Of a stretch of 64,000 nt of DNA, positions 19,401-27,283 are shown piece after piece. The stretch comes from Candidatus Woesearchaeota archaeon (GTDB lineage: Archaea; Nanobdellota; Nanobdellia; Pacearchaeales; GW2011-AR1). A program made the translations under genes and the position numbers. The notes under the pieces were generated by a model that did no database searches, was not told the DNA's origin, and was given only the letters and a program-made list of their open reading frames with translations. Where the stretch lies: the NCBI GenBank assembly GCA_964613185.1, contig CAZTIP010000001.1, positions 129,814 to 193,813 on the forward strand. The letters run 5' to 3'. How positions within the stretch are numbered: the stretch's first letter is position 1; each line of letters begins with the position of its first letter.

Positions 19401-19721
19401 GAAATTTTCATAGAATGCAAAGACGAAACAGGGGACACAGAACAACAAACCTCGACCTTTGAAATAATAAAAGATGAAAGCGATGCAAAGATAACAAGAA
19501 TCTGGCAAGAGGAGGGAGAAATAATTTTCCTAACTGAAGAATCTGCAGAATGCAAATTTTCTGAAGAAACTTGTAATTTTAATTGGGAAAACGGAACTTT
19601 AACAGGAACAGGGAGAACACATACAATAGATGCAATCAGAGGAAGAACTTACAGAATAAAATGTTTAGACGATTTTGGAAACAAACCAAGAGGGTGTTCA
19701 ACAATAATTCGCGCGTCATAG
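16422..19721 (+). CDS. Giant secreted cysteine-rich protein A (1099 aa), unknown family
   Basis: Signal/anchor LMFFAVLIFSFGYLFYGISLTSA. N-terminal ~500 aa Cys-rich lobe. Core CKAWQPPRGGDACDLCNDDPLKPCSKYRCESYGATCE. Four C-terminal two-Cys repeats. Alternative start at 16437 (MEKKLGKK) just after the upstream stop. Confidence 0.7.
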   Translation: MHKIKMEKKLGKKFNLMFFAVLIFSFGYLFYGISLTSAESTGCCEVDSNGVQCSTTTESDCSSQNFAGNTQCESTSFCQRGCCYDDSTGVYDQNVLQSSCNLDWNNDPNCNLPGAAEGCCILGSSTIYETGGRCAIDSVQRGYEGIDWRSDLNEAQCVTFSQSQDEGACVLNGGNCKFTTGGNCASLGGDFSPDYLCTAEELETSCEKTTETTCVDGKYGVYFTDTCGNIANIYDSSKTSDQTYWETAITQENSCGANDEEGNANSQDCGNCNLQAGGLCSSAEEDNFSPDDGDYYCKEVSCEFDGDNYENGESWCVYDGIIGNSNDVPGSRHWRYVCNQGKVEIDPCADARTQICLQSNTEENGGTIFRNAACLTNTGDKCLEINSETNNPERLEELCNEEANCRVNYVTVTDDFQFKTCIPRFPQGFDFKDEQAQENSANACKRASATCEIQRRKNNLGRCRIRKNSGCLDIKFAEEMNNLCRGMGDCGGDINLNNDFVSNYQTRLVPGYGRTPPRISSGYINDLEDFGSQNNNLEGILIILENYLDYMSILGVIIYDPSYNATAAENTNLLLIDQLYSQEGYNHTVSVVPPEMGSSGLFNWFGGCTNMKLTYSCKAWQPPRGGDACDLCNDDPLKPCSKYRCESYGATCELANIGTGEELCYDAGVDDANPPILAPQIGYISATENYSNITENGFSITSTEGECLEAYSPIHFGITTDEVSNCRYDFEMQTFENMSYDMENGLASYNHTPHQVPFYLPDPSHGESQGLNWSGELDLYVKCQDGNGNENPNFYKVSMCVNQGPDLTPPIIIATSPENNSRISFDSTAEEVEFITTELSTCKWADNDTDYSLMTNQLVCDEIFNEPSSTQGYSCKTNLTITDTKTTKYIRCADQPWYEETNDSLRNSNSQSFVYTLNQPSQKIKIDSISPSSDFKTATDTTTVNLEVQTIGGGNTHTCSYSFSGYERMAPFFETGLGNIHNQPSLNLFAKKHEIFIECKDETGDTEQQTSTFEIIKDESDAKITRIWQEEGEIIFLTEESAECKFSEETCNFNWENGTLTGTGRTHTIDAIRGRTYRIKCLDDFGNKPRGCSTIIRAS

Positions 19722-19723
19722 AA

Positions 19724-19731
19724 TTTATAAA
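19724..19731 (+). promoter_or_regulatory. TATA box TTTATAAA, 22 nt upstream of the ATG at 19753
   Basis: Recurrent octamer and spacing. Confidence 0.55.
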
Positions 19732-19752
19732 CTAAAATAACTTAAAATAAAT

Positions 19753-20496
19753 ATGAAAAAAAAGGGGCAAGTAACAATTTTTATAATCATAGGGATTGTA
19801 ATTGTAATTTCAATTCTTTCATTTTTCTTATGGTTAAAACCAACTTATTTTTCCGGAAAAAGTGCATCTCTAAATTTTGAAGGATGTATTCAAGATTCGG
19901 TGGAGCAAGGAATTCAACAATTAGGAAAAACTGCAGGTTCGATAAACCCGGAATTCACATTAACAACTCTCGGGGAAAAAATAACTTATCTTTGTTATAC
20001 AAACGAATTTTATAAAACTTGTACCGTTCAAAACCCTTTCATTAAACAACATTTTGAAGAAGAATTAACCAACTTAATAAAAGAAAAGGTAAATACTTGC
20101 TATTCAAATTCTATCGGAAATTTAAGGGCAGAAGGATATGAAGTAGCTTCTGGCGAAGTTTCATACGAAGTAAGTTTAGAGTTAGGAGTGGTAAGATTAA
20201 GTATTGACGCACCAACAAATGTAGGGGCATCAAAATTTACAAAATTCAATATAGAATTAAGTTCACCAATTTATGAGATGGTAATGTTAGCAACATCACT
20301 CATTCAAACAGAATCCAAATTTGGAGAGACAGATACAAGTTACCTGATGACATTATATCCCGATTATTTAATTGAAAAACAAGAACAAGGAGAAGGGACA
20401 AGAATTTATACAATAAACAGTAAGACTTTTGGAAACAAGTTCAAATTTGCAACCAGAAGTTTAGTATTCCCTCCAGGATTTATTCCAAACAATTAA
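19753..20496 (+). CDS. Class III signal peptide protein, 247 aa (paralog of 15695..16435)
   Basis: MKKKG|QVTIFIIIGIVIVISILSFFLW. Shared YLCY...C and FKFATR motifs. Confidence 0.6.
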   Translation: MKKKGQVTIFIIIGIVIVISILSFFLWLKPTYFSGKSASLNFEGCIQDSVEQGIQQLGKTAGSINPEFTLTTLGEKITYLCYTNEFYKTCTVQNPFIKQHFEEELTNLIKEKVNTCYSNSIGNLRAEGYEVASGEVSYEVSLELGVVRLSIDAPTNVGASKFTKFNIELSSPIYEMVMLATSLIQTESKFGETDTSYLMTLYPDYLIEKQEQGEGTRIYTINSKTFGNKFKFATRSLVFPPGFIPNN

Positions 20497-20500
20497 AGAT

Positions 20501-20707
20501 TTAATTTCTACAAGCACCCTTACAAACGCTACATCCGCCAGGACATCGGGAAGATGAACCAATTTCAACATTAATATTTCTATCCGAATAATCTACAGAA
20601 CTTTTTAAACTGTCTCCAGAGTAGGCAACATCATTTCCCGAAACCCCATAAGAATCATTTCTTGCACCCACAGCATACGAATTATCTTTCCCAACATTAT
20701 ATTCCAT
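20501..20707 (-). CDS. Small (68 aa) Asp/Ser/Gly-rich protein with C-terminal CPGGCSVCKGAC cysteine cluster
   Basis: ORF immediately downstream of giant B on the same strand. It has its own TTTATAAT box (20727-20734), about 20 nt upstream of the ATG. No signal peptide. Confidence 0.4.
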   Translation of the reverse strand: MEYNVGKDNSYAVGARNDSYGVSGNDVAYSGDSLKSSVDYSDRNINVEIGSSSRCPGGCSVCKGACRN

Positions 20708-20752
20708 AAAAAATATTAATTAATTCATTATAAAAACCCTCTGATTTAAATT

Positions 20753-23700
20753 CTAAAAGAAATTTCCAGTAGGTCTTACAACTAATGAACAGTCAGCTTC
20801 TTCATTTTTGAATTCATCACGACACTTGATGTAATAAGTATCGTCTTTATTCCAGTCAGTAACATGGGTTGTCGTATTCGCATAAGGCATTTGAGTCCCC
20901 TCATCAAATCCGAAATCACAATCATTCAAACTATATGAGCATTGACTATCCCTGACAGTAACTATTTTCAAGAAAGAATTCTCTTCGTAAACTCTTGCGA
21001 TAACCGGAGCATTTTCATCAATATCTAGATTAAAGTTAAGCGTATCTTCAACCAAATTTCCGCCCTCATCAATACATCGTATATTATATTCATGTTGTCC
21101 CGCTGCCAAGGATTGCATCTGAGTGCTTATTCCGTCAGCATTGTTTGTATCAAAGAAAGAAACATAATCTCCCTCAATACCATTATCCGAATAATAACAA
21201 ATAGAACGCCCACCATCACAACCGAATAGAGTTTCTGCACGAAGTTCAACAGGCATTGGACTAACTGCACCGAAAACAGTACTATTGGGTTTCAAGTTTT
21301 TCATTTTCAACCCAGTACTTCCATGAAGGCTAAATTCAAAACTCTGTGACATTTTATTCCTATCAATATCTGCAGCATTTGGTTGATCCTTACATCTTAC
21401 ATAAAATTGAGTATCCGCTCTAGAAATTCCTTCAAAGTCAGCAGCACATGTCCAAAGATTCTGTGCATTAATTTGGTAGGGTTGACTAGCACATTGCATT
21501 TCATTCTGCATAGAATCATAGTCATTATCCTGAGAGCTCCACCTACATTGTGCAGGTTCGTTAACATAAAATTCTACATTAGCAACATCCTGATTTTCAG
21601 CAACACAAGCCCCATTATTAATTGAAGTAGCTTCTATCGTCGGAGAAGTAGTGTCTGGAGAAGGGTCAATACAGAAACTAACTTCATATTCCGCAGTATT
21701 AGAATTTCCAGTTTTATCCATACATCTAATAAAATAATTCATCTCATTTCCATTCTGTAATTCAAATGATGAATTTTCAAGCAAACCAACACTAGGTAAG
21801 ACAAAACTTTCAGAGTGATTATAAAGGTATAAATTATCTCCTCCAACAAAATTCCTCATCAAATCAAATTCAGTAGTATGATTAAAATCAATCCTACATT
21901 GAGATAACTCATTAGTATTAATCCCAAATTCTATAGGGGTAAAAGCTTTCAAACAGCCATCTGAACTAGATGAATCAATAATTTCAAATCCGGGACTTGG
22001 GGGGGAGTTGACTACATTAGTATATTCAAGTCCTGAAGTTAAAGCACTTTCAGAAGGACTAATTACGGGAGGATTCACATCTCGAGGATTAACATTTACA
22101 CAACTTTCTTGTTCAGTTCCTTGATTAACTATCTCGCAAGTTTGTCCAAGAGATTTACATCTATATTCTGAACAAGGTAATCCATCATCTTCATTACATG
22201 CTTCACAATCATCTCCTCCACGAGGTGCTTGCCAAGGTTTACATTCAAAAGAAACAACTTCGACCTTAGTATCCTTATAGAATACAAGGAAATAAACTAC
22301 AAGTCCAATTCCTCCTGAAAAATACCATTTAGCAAAATTTGTCCCTGTAGTAACAGCCCATGCATTAGTAAGCTGGTAAGTAAATGCAGATGCTGCAATA
22401 GATGTAGCAATGGCATTACTCTCTTCGTCATCCATTCCAAACAAACTCCCTAGCAATAGACCGACACCATAAGCAGTCGCAGTCCACCAAAATGCAGTCC
22501 ACCCAATAGAAGGTAAGGCGGCTGCACCAGCACCAGCTGCAGCACCAGATGCAGCACCAGCTGCAGCACCAGCTGCACCACCAAATGCGGCACCAGCTGC
22601 AGCACCAGCTGCAGTACCACTAGCAATATAAGCTGAAGAAACAAAATAATGCGCGATATAAGTTGCAGTTGCAATTCCTGCGGAAGTCATAAGGAATCGT
22701 TCAAAGTTATTGGCCACTGAAGAATAAGCAAAAGGATCAACAGAATAACCAGAATAACCGTTCCCAATTAAATTTTTCTGGTTAGGCGTGAATCTTTTTC
22801 TTTCTCCATTTATTTTCCAAGAATAACCATCATCTGTAAATTCTTCTTGATAATTAACATAACCTCCACAATCTCCTGCGGCAGAACAAGCACGATTAAC
22901 ACTCAATGCCCACTCATCACTTAAACATTCTCCATTTTCCGCGACATCCCAACTATCTAATAACCCCTTTTCATAAAGAACATCACATCTTGCACTAACT
23001 GCTCCACAAACATTTTTCGCACCACCATCTTCCCAAAAATCTAAACCTGGAGAGTTATTAGGGACACAAACACCAGATTCCATTCGCCTACCATTAGACA
23101 TCAAACCTTCAACAGAAGAAACCCATTTACAATCTCTTATATCATTATTTTCACAATCACTTTTTCCAAGTTGTAGTGTACAATCTTGCCAACGATTTAC
23201 CCTACACGCCGCAGTCCCAAAATCATTTCCAGAAGCAGTTTCAATTTTTCCTTCAATACAAATAGAATTTCTATAATCTGCACATGCCTCAACAGTAACA
23301 TCTCCATCAACACAAATTTCCCTGAAATATCTTGAACCTGCAGGGTCTAAACCTTGTCCAGAAAGTGGGTCATTCACACACCAAGATTCTCCATTTAATC
23401 GACTATCTCCATTTCTATCTATACATTCAGTTTTTTGACAATAATAATCACTATCTGCAGGGCTTCCAAGTCCTAAAACTCCATCCCATTCTGCACAACG
23501 AGTTCCTTCAAGATAATCACAATTTCCACAATCAGTATTCGCATCTGAGTTCGGATCACAAACAGCATCTGCTTCGAGAACTCTCCCATTATTCCAACTT
23601 TTAGACTTATCTGAAGAATAAGCATTCTCCAAATTTCCACAGGAATCTGTCCAATAAACATCCTCTCCATTACAAGTGGTGGAAGTTTGACGAGCACAGG

Positions 23701-24400
23701 CAGTTCCTAATTCTTCGGCAGAGCATAACATATCCTTATAGAATGTTTTTCCAGAAGAAGTTTCGTTAATTCCTTCAACATTATCACTTGCACCACAATC
23801 TGAACGAGTTGTAAATTCACAAATTCTCTCAAAATCCTTTTCAAAGACACAAGCACCCTTATCTTGAGATTGAGCAGCAGCAATGCATGCAACTTCAGAA
23901 TTTATATCAGTCCGATAATTATTTTCCATGCCAAAAAAAGAAGATAATTTTTTACATCTAACTAATGGGACAAAAGATGCTTGGTCTCCAATAATGCAAC
24001 ATCCAAGCTGACATTGAGGAACTTCATTTGCAGAACGGGCATCCCAAAGACCTCCATTATCTGAACAAACACTTTGAGGGGTATTCTCCATACAAATACC
24101 TTCTCCAGAATCATAACAAGTTCCAAGTTTACAATAAGAAGTAGTTTCACAAGAAGTTGGAGAGCTTCGAGAACCGGGGGCACATTGAGATTCATCAGTA
24201 TTAACACAAGAAGCACCATCAACAGTTTTTTCACAACAAGTGCTTGGGTCAGAACTCGCAGTTTCAGCAGAAACAGGCGAAGCAGAATCAAGGATAAAAG
24301 CAAAAGCAAAAAGGGAACTAATCATCAAAACCAGCTGAAAACTAGCAACAGCTTTTTTATTCAAATCAAAACCTCTTCTTTTCATAAATATTTCAGCCAT
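20753..24400 (-). CDS. Giant cysteine-rich protein B (1215 aa), paralog of A with inserted hydrophobic Gly/Ala-rich segment
   Basis: Collinear with A. Core [37 protein letters not shown]. Signal [23 protein letters not shown]. The true start is probably the second Met (24385, MKRRGFDL), which lies 22 nt from the TATA box at 24407-24414. Confidence 0.7.
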   Translation of the reverse strand: MAEIFMKRRGFDLNKKAVASFQLVLMISSLFAFAFILDSASPVSAETASSDPSTCCEKTVDGASCVNTDESQCAPGSRSSPTSCETTSYCKLGTCYDSGEGICMENTPQSVCSDNGGLWDARSANEVPQCQLGCCIIGDQASFVPLVRCKKLSSFFGMENNYRTDINSEVACIAAAQSQDKGACVFEKDFERICEFTTRSDCGASDNVEGINETSSGKTFYKDMLCSAEELGTACARQTSTTCNGEDVYWTDSCGNLENAYSSDKSKSWNNGRVLEADAVCDPNSDANTDCGNCDYLEGTRCAEWDGVLGLGSPADSDYYCQKTECIDRNGDSRLNGESWCVNDPLSGQGLDPAGSRYFREICVDGDVTVEACADYRNSICIEGKIETASGNDFGTAACRVNRWQDCTLQLGKSDCENNDIRDCKWVSSVEGLMSNGRRMESGVCVPNNSPGLDFWEDGGAKNVCGAVSARCDVLYEKGLLDSWDVAENGECLSDEWALSVNRACSAAGDCGGYVNYQEEFTDDGYSWKINGERKRFTPNQKNLIGNGYSGYSVDPFAYSSVANNFERFLMTSAGIATATYIAHYFVSSAYIASGTAAGAAAGAAFGGAAGAAAGAASGAAAGAGAAALPSIGWTAFWWTATAYGVGLLLGSLFGMDDEESNAIATSIAASAFTYQLTNAWAVTTGTNFAKWYFSGGIGLVVYFLVFYKDTKVEVVSFECKPWQAPRGGDDCEACNEDDGLPCSEYRCKSLGQTCEIVNQGTEQESCVNVNPRDVNPPVISPSESALTSGLEYTNVVNSPPSPGFEIIDSSSSDGCLKAFTPIEFGINTNELSQCRIDFNHTTEFDLMRNFVGGDNLYLYNHSESFVLPSVGLLENSSFELQNGNEMNYFIRCMDKTGNSNTAEYEVSFCIDPSPDTTSPTIEATSINNGACVAENQDVANVEFYVNEPAQCRWSSQDNDYDSMQNEMQCASQPYQINAQNLWTCAADFEGISRADTQFYVRCKDQPNAADIDRNKMSQSFEFSLHGSTGLKMKNLKPNSTVFGAVSPMPVELRAETLFGCDGGRSICYYSDNGIEGDYVSFFDTNNADGISTQMQSLAAGQHEYNIRCIDEGGNLVEDTLNFNLDIDENAPVIARVYEENSFLKIVTVRDSQCSYSLNDCDFGFDEGTQMPYANTTTHVTDWNKDDTYYIKCRDEFKNEEADCSLVVRPTGNFF
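22514..22621 (-). repeat. Imperfect GCAGCACCAGCT-type repeat tract encoding a (G/A)n stretch inside giant B
   Basis: Plus strand reads ...gctgcaccagcaccagctgcagcaccagatgcagcaccagctgcagcaccagctgcacc... It translates (minus strand) to [34 protein letters not shown]. Confidence 0.8.
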
Positions 24401-24406
24401 CTCTTA

Positions 24407-24414
24407 TTTATAAA
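24407..24414 (-). promoter_or_regulatory. TATA box TTTATAAA for giant B (22 nt from the ATG at 24385)
   Basis: Palindromic octamer. Spacing matches the window-wide rule only for the second Met. Confidence 0.5.
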
Positions 24415-24444
24415 TTCTTTCATAATAAAAACCGCTTCTAAACT

Positions 24445-24452
24445 TTTATAAA
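24445..24452 (+). promoter_or_regulatory. TATA box TTTATAAA for the pilin-like operon (24 nt upstream of the ATG at 24476)
   Basis: Second TATA box in the 75-bp divergent intergenic region. Confidence 0.5.
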
Positions 24453-24475
24453 TCTCTTATATTATATAATCAAGA

Positions 24476-24973
24476 ATGAAAAACTTAAAAAAAAGAGGAC
24501 AACAAACAATGGGATTACCTTTCGGGATGATTTTTTCAATTATTTTAATAGTGGTATTTGTAGTCATCGCATTCATAGCCGTCGGAAGTTTTCTAGACAT
24601 TGGAAAAAGTGCAGGAGTGGGATTATTTTACACAGAGCTTCAAGAAGCAATCGATAATTCTTGGAGAGGGCAATCAAGCGAAACAACTTTCAAAATAAAT
24701 TTACCGTCAGAAATAAAAACAATCTGCTTTTCAAATTTATCTAAAACAATAACTGGAGAAACAGAATATTATAACCAAATAAAAAATTATGAAGTTTATG
24801 AAGCAAACACATTTTTAATTCCACCAGAAAACGCCCAACAAATGCAATGGAAATTAATCAATCATTTAGATATAGAAAAAATAACTGAAAATAAAAATCC
24901 TTATTGCGTAAGTACAAGTCAAAAATTAAAACTCAAAAAAGGTTTCTATGATAAATTGGTCCTAATAGAATGA
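24476..24973 (+). CDS. Class III signal peptide protein (pilin-like), operon gene 1
   Basis: MKNLKKRG|QQTMGLPFGMIFSIILIVVFVVIAFIAV. Stop overlaps the next start (ATGA). Confidence 0.6.
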   Translation: MKNLKKRGQQTMGLPFGMIFSIILIVVFVVIAFIAVGSFLDIGKSAGVGLFYTELQEAIDNSWRGQSSETTFKINLPSEIKTICFSNLSKTITGETEYYNQIKNYEVYEANTFLIPPENAQQMQWKLINHLDIEKITENKNPYCVSTSQKLKLKKGFYDKLVLIE

Positions 24974-25923
24974 TGAAAAAAAAAGCACAGTTTAGCTTCG
25001 CATGGATTTTCGCAATAATTGTAGGGGGTGCAATTTTATTTTTAGCAATTTACGGAGCATTAAAAACTGCAGACACTCAAAGATTTCAAGAAGATACAGA
25101 AATCGCAAAATCAATTTCAATTTTAACAGATCCACTTCAGGCAGGATTCGCAGAAAGTTCATTCGGAAAAATATCTTTCAAACAAGAAACAAGAATAAAT
25201 AATATTTGTTTTGACGGAGAATTTGGAAAAAACGATTTATCAGTTTCAGTTCGTTCAAGTGTAGGAAAACCTTGGAACAATCCAGGGGGGGAAACCTCAA
25301 TAAGAAATAAATACATTTTCTCAGACGAAAAAAACACAGGGAAAGAATACTACCTATTCTCAAAATCTTTTGAATTTCCTTACGAAGTTTCAGATTTACT
25401 TTTTATAACTCCAAAAAATTATTGTTTCCTAACTCCTCCTGAAAAAGTAATTGAAGATTTAGAAGGATTAAACATTCCTAATATTCAATTAGTAGATTCT
25501 CAAGAAGATTGCACTTTAACAGAACCGGTAAAAGTTTGTTTTGGAAATGGAAATGATTGTGATATCACTGTTTCAGGAACTTGCTCAAATTGTGATTCAG
25601 ATTATGATGAAGGAAACGTAGCAAAAGACGGGGTGGGGAAAAAATTCGTAGGAAATTTAATGTATGCAGCAATTTTCTCAGAAAAAAATATTTATGAATG
25701 CAATGTTAAAAGATTATATTATCGGTCGGAAAAAATAGCGGAAGGATTAATTGAAAAAGAAGATTTAATGGATGCAAGAGGCTGTGATTCAAATCTAAAA
25801 AACGATTTACTGCAATGGATCAGCTTATTGGAAAATGAAACTTCGGGAGGCCTCCCAAATTTGAATTCTGCTGTAGAAAATCTAAACAGAAAAAATAGTC
25901 AGGAGCTTTGCAATTTATGGTAA
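24970..25923 (+). CDS. Class III signal peptide protein (pilin-like, 317 aa, Cys-rich ectodomain), operon gene 2
   Basis: MMKKKA|QFSFAWIFAIIVGGAILFLAIYG. Contains CTLTEPVKVCFGNGNDCDITVSGTCSNCDSDY. Confidence 0.6.
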   Translation: MMKKKAQFSFAWIFAIIVGGAILFLAIYGALKTADTQRFQEDTEIAKSISILTDPLQAGFAESSFGKISFKQETRINNICFDGEFGKNDLSVSVRSSVGKPWNNPGGETSIRNKYIFSDEKNTGKEYYLFSKSFEFPYEVSDLLFITPKNYCFLTPPEKVIEDLEGLNIPNIQLVDSQEDCTLTEPVKVCFGNGNDCDITVSGTCSNCDSDYDEGNVAKDGVGKKFVGNLMYAAIFSEKNIYECNVKRLYYRSEKIAEGLIEKEDLMDARGCDSNLKNDLLQWISLLENETSGGLPNLNSAVENLNRKNSQELCNLW

Positions 25924-26441
25924 AAACAAAAAATCAAAACAAAAAAGCACAAATGAAAATTCAACAAATGGCTTTTATGATTGTTGCAGTTTTCTTTTTC
26001 TTTATATTAGTGGGATTGTTTTTTATAAAAGTTCAATTCAGTGGAATACAAAAAAGTGCAGAAGAACTAGAAAAAAAACAGGCAGTCTCGGCACTAGGAG
26101 TGATTTCAAATATGCAAGAATTAAATTGTAATTCAAGAGAAAGTTTATGTTTGGACAAAGACAAATTAAAGATAATGTCTGGAGAATTAAAAGAATCTTA
26201 CAAGCTGTTTTGGCCAATAGCTTCAATAAAAGTTTATCTTTTAGATACAACGTCAACAAACATAATCCAGTGTCCTGCGCTAAACTGCAATTATTTTGAA
26301 ATTTTCGATAACGAACAAACAAATTCAGAGGAATATTCAACTTATGTTTCAGTATGTGAAAAAGTAAGAGAATCAGGATATGTATACAATAATTGCGAAA
26401 TAGCAAAATTAGTAGTTGGGAGAAAGATAAATGAAAAATAA
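25908..26441 (+). CDS. Class III signal peptide protein (pilin-like), operon gene 3
   Basis: ...NQNKKA|QMKIQQMAFMIVAVFFFFILVGLFF. Overlaps the upstream gene by 16 nt. The exact start is uncertain. Confidence 0.55.
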   Translation: MQFMVKTKNQNKKAQMKIQQMAFMIVAVFFFFILVGLFFIKVQFSGIQKSAEELEKKQAVSALGVISNMQELNCNSRESLCLDKDKLKIMSGELKESYKLFWPIASIKVYLLDTTSTNIIQCPALNCNYFEIFDNEQTNSEEYSTYVSVCEKVRESGYVYNNCEIAKLVVGRKINEK

Positions 26442-26922
26442 AGCACAACAAGAAATTGTTGGTTTCGTTTTAATTGTAGCTATAGTGATGGTTGCATTGA
26501 TGGTTTTTTTAGTAATCTCACTAAGAACTCAGCCAACTGAAAGCGAAAGTATCGAGGTAGAAAATCTATTAAATTCAATAATGAAAAAAACAACCGGATG
26601 TGCAATTTCATTCGAACCACAATACGATGATTTTGAAGATTTATTCAAAAGTTGTCACAACGAAGATACTTGCGACAATATTCAAGAAGATTCATGCGAA
26701 TATCTCAAAGAAAGTTTAAACGAAACAATTAAAGGATTATTAAAAACAGAGGCAACAACAAATTCATTTAGATTAAACTTCATAAATCGTGAAGAGGACG
26801 GGGAAGAAGAAATTTTTGAGATTTCAAATGGGAATTGCACTGGTCAAATTTCAGCAGCACAAAAAACTCTACTCTCAGGTTCAGATAAATTAGTAATAAG
26901 AATGAGAGTTTGCAATAATTAA
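26431..26922 (+). CDS. Class III signal peptide protein (pilin-like), operon gene 4
   Basis: MKNKA|QQEIVGFVLIVAIVMVALMVFLV. Overlaps the upstream gene by 11 nt. Confidence 0.6.
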   Translation: MKNKAQQEIVGFVLIVAIVMVALMVFLVISLRTQPTESESIEVENLLNSIMKKTTGCAISFEPQYDDFEDLFKSCHNEDTCDNIQEDSCEYLKESLNETIKGLLKTEATTNSFRLNFINREEDGEEEIFEISNGNCTGQISAAQKTLLSGSDKLVIRMRVCNN

Positions 26923-26926
26923 CAAG

Positions 26927-27283
26927 TTAAATATTCACAATAATTTCGATTTTATCTACAATTAAAACAGGTCTCAAAGATTCTCTTCTACCTATTTTTT
27001 CAGAATGAAATTCAATAAAACCAAATCTTTCAAGAACCTTAATATCTTCCCTAACCGATTTAAAATCTCTTCTTAAAATTTTGGCAAGTCCATAAATTGA
27101 TTTGGGATTTTCAGATTTAAGAACATGCAGAATTCGAGATTTTTCATTACTCAGGAGATTTCTCAAGAGTTTAACATCCGAAAAATCATGAGGTTTATTT
27201 CCTCTCATTAGATTCGAAACAAAACCCTCTGGATTCACATTCATTTCAACATATCTAATTTTTGTTCTTTTTTTCTTCACCAT
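26927..27283 (-). CDS. Winged helix-turn-helix transcriptional regulator (ArsR/MarR-like)
   Basis: RILHVLKSENPKSIYGLAKILRRDFKSVREDIKVLERFGFIEF is an HTH plus wing. Sits between the pilin-like operon and the S-layer gene. Confidence 0.6.
   Translation of the reverse strand: MVKKKRTKIRYVEMNVNPEGFVSNLMRGNKPHDFSDVKLLRNLLSNEKSRILHVLKSENPKSIYGLAKILRRDFKSVREDIKVLERFGFIEFHSEKIGRRESLRPVLIVDKIEIIVNI

Noticed and set aside
22450-22674. 74-aa Leu/Val/Gln-repeat ORF on the minus strand inside giant B
   Set aside because: It is an alternative frame through the GCAGCACCAGCT repeat tract. The Gly/Ala frame is continuous with the 1215-aa protein.
25002-25202. 66-aa Arg/Asn-rich ORF in an alternative frame of the 317-aa pilin-like gene
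   Set aside because: It overlaps a longer ORF that has a clear class III signal, and its composition is typical of an off-frame AT-rich translation.
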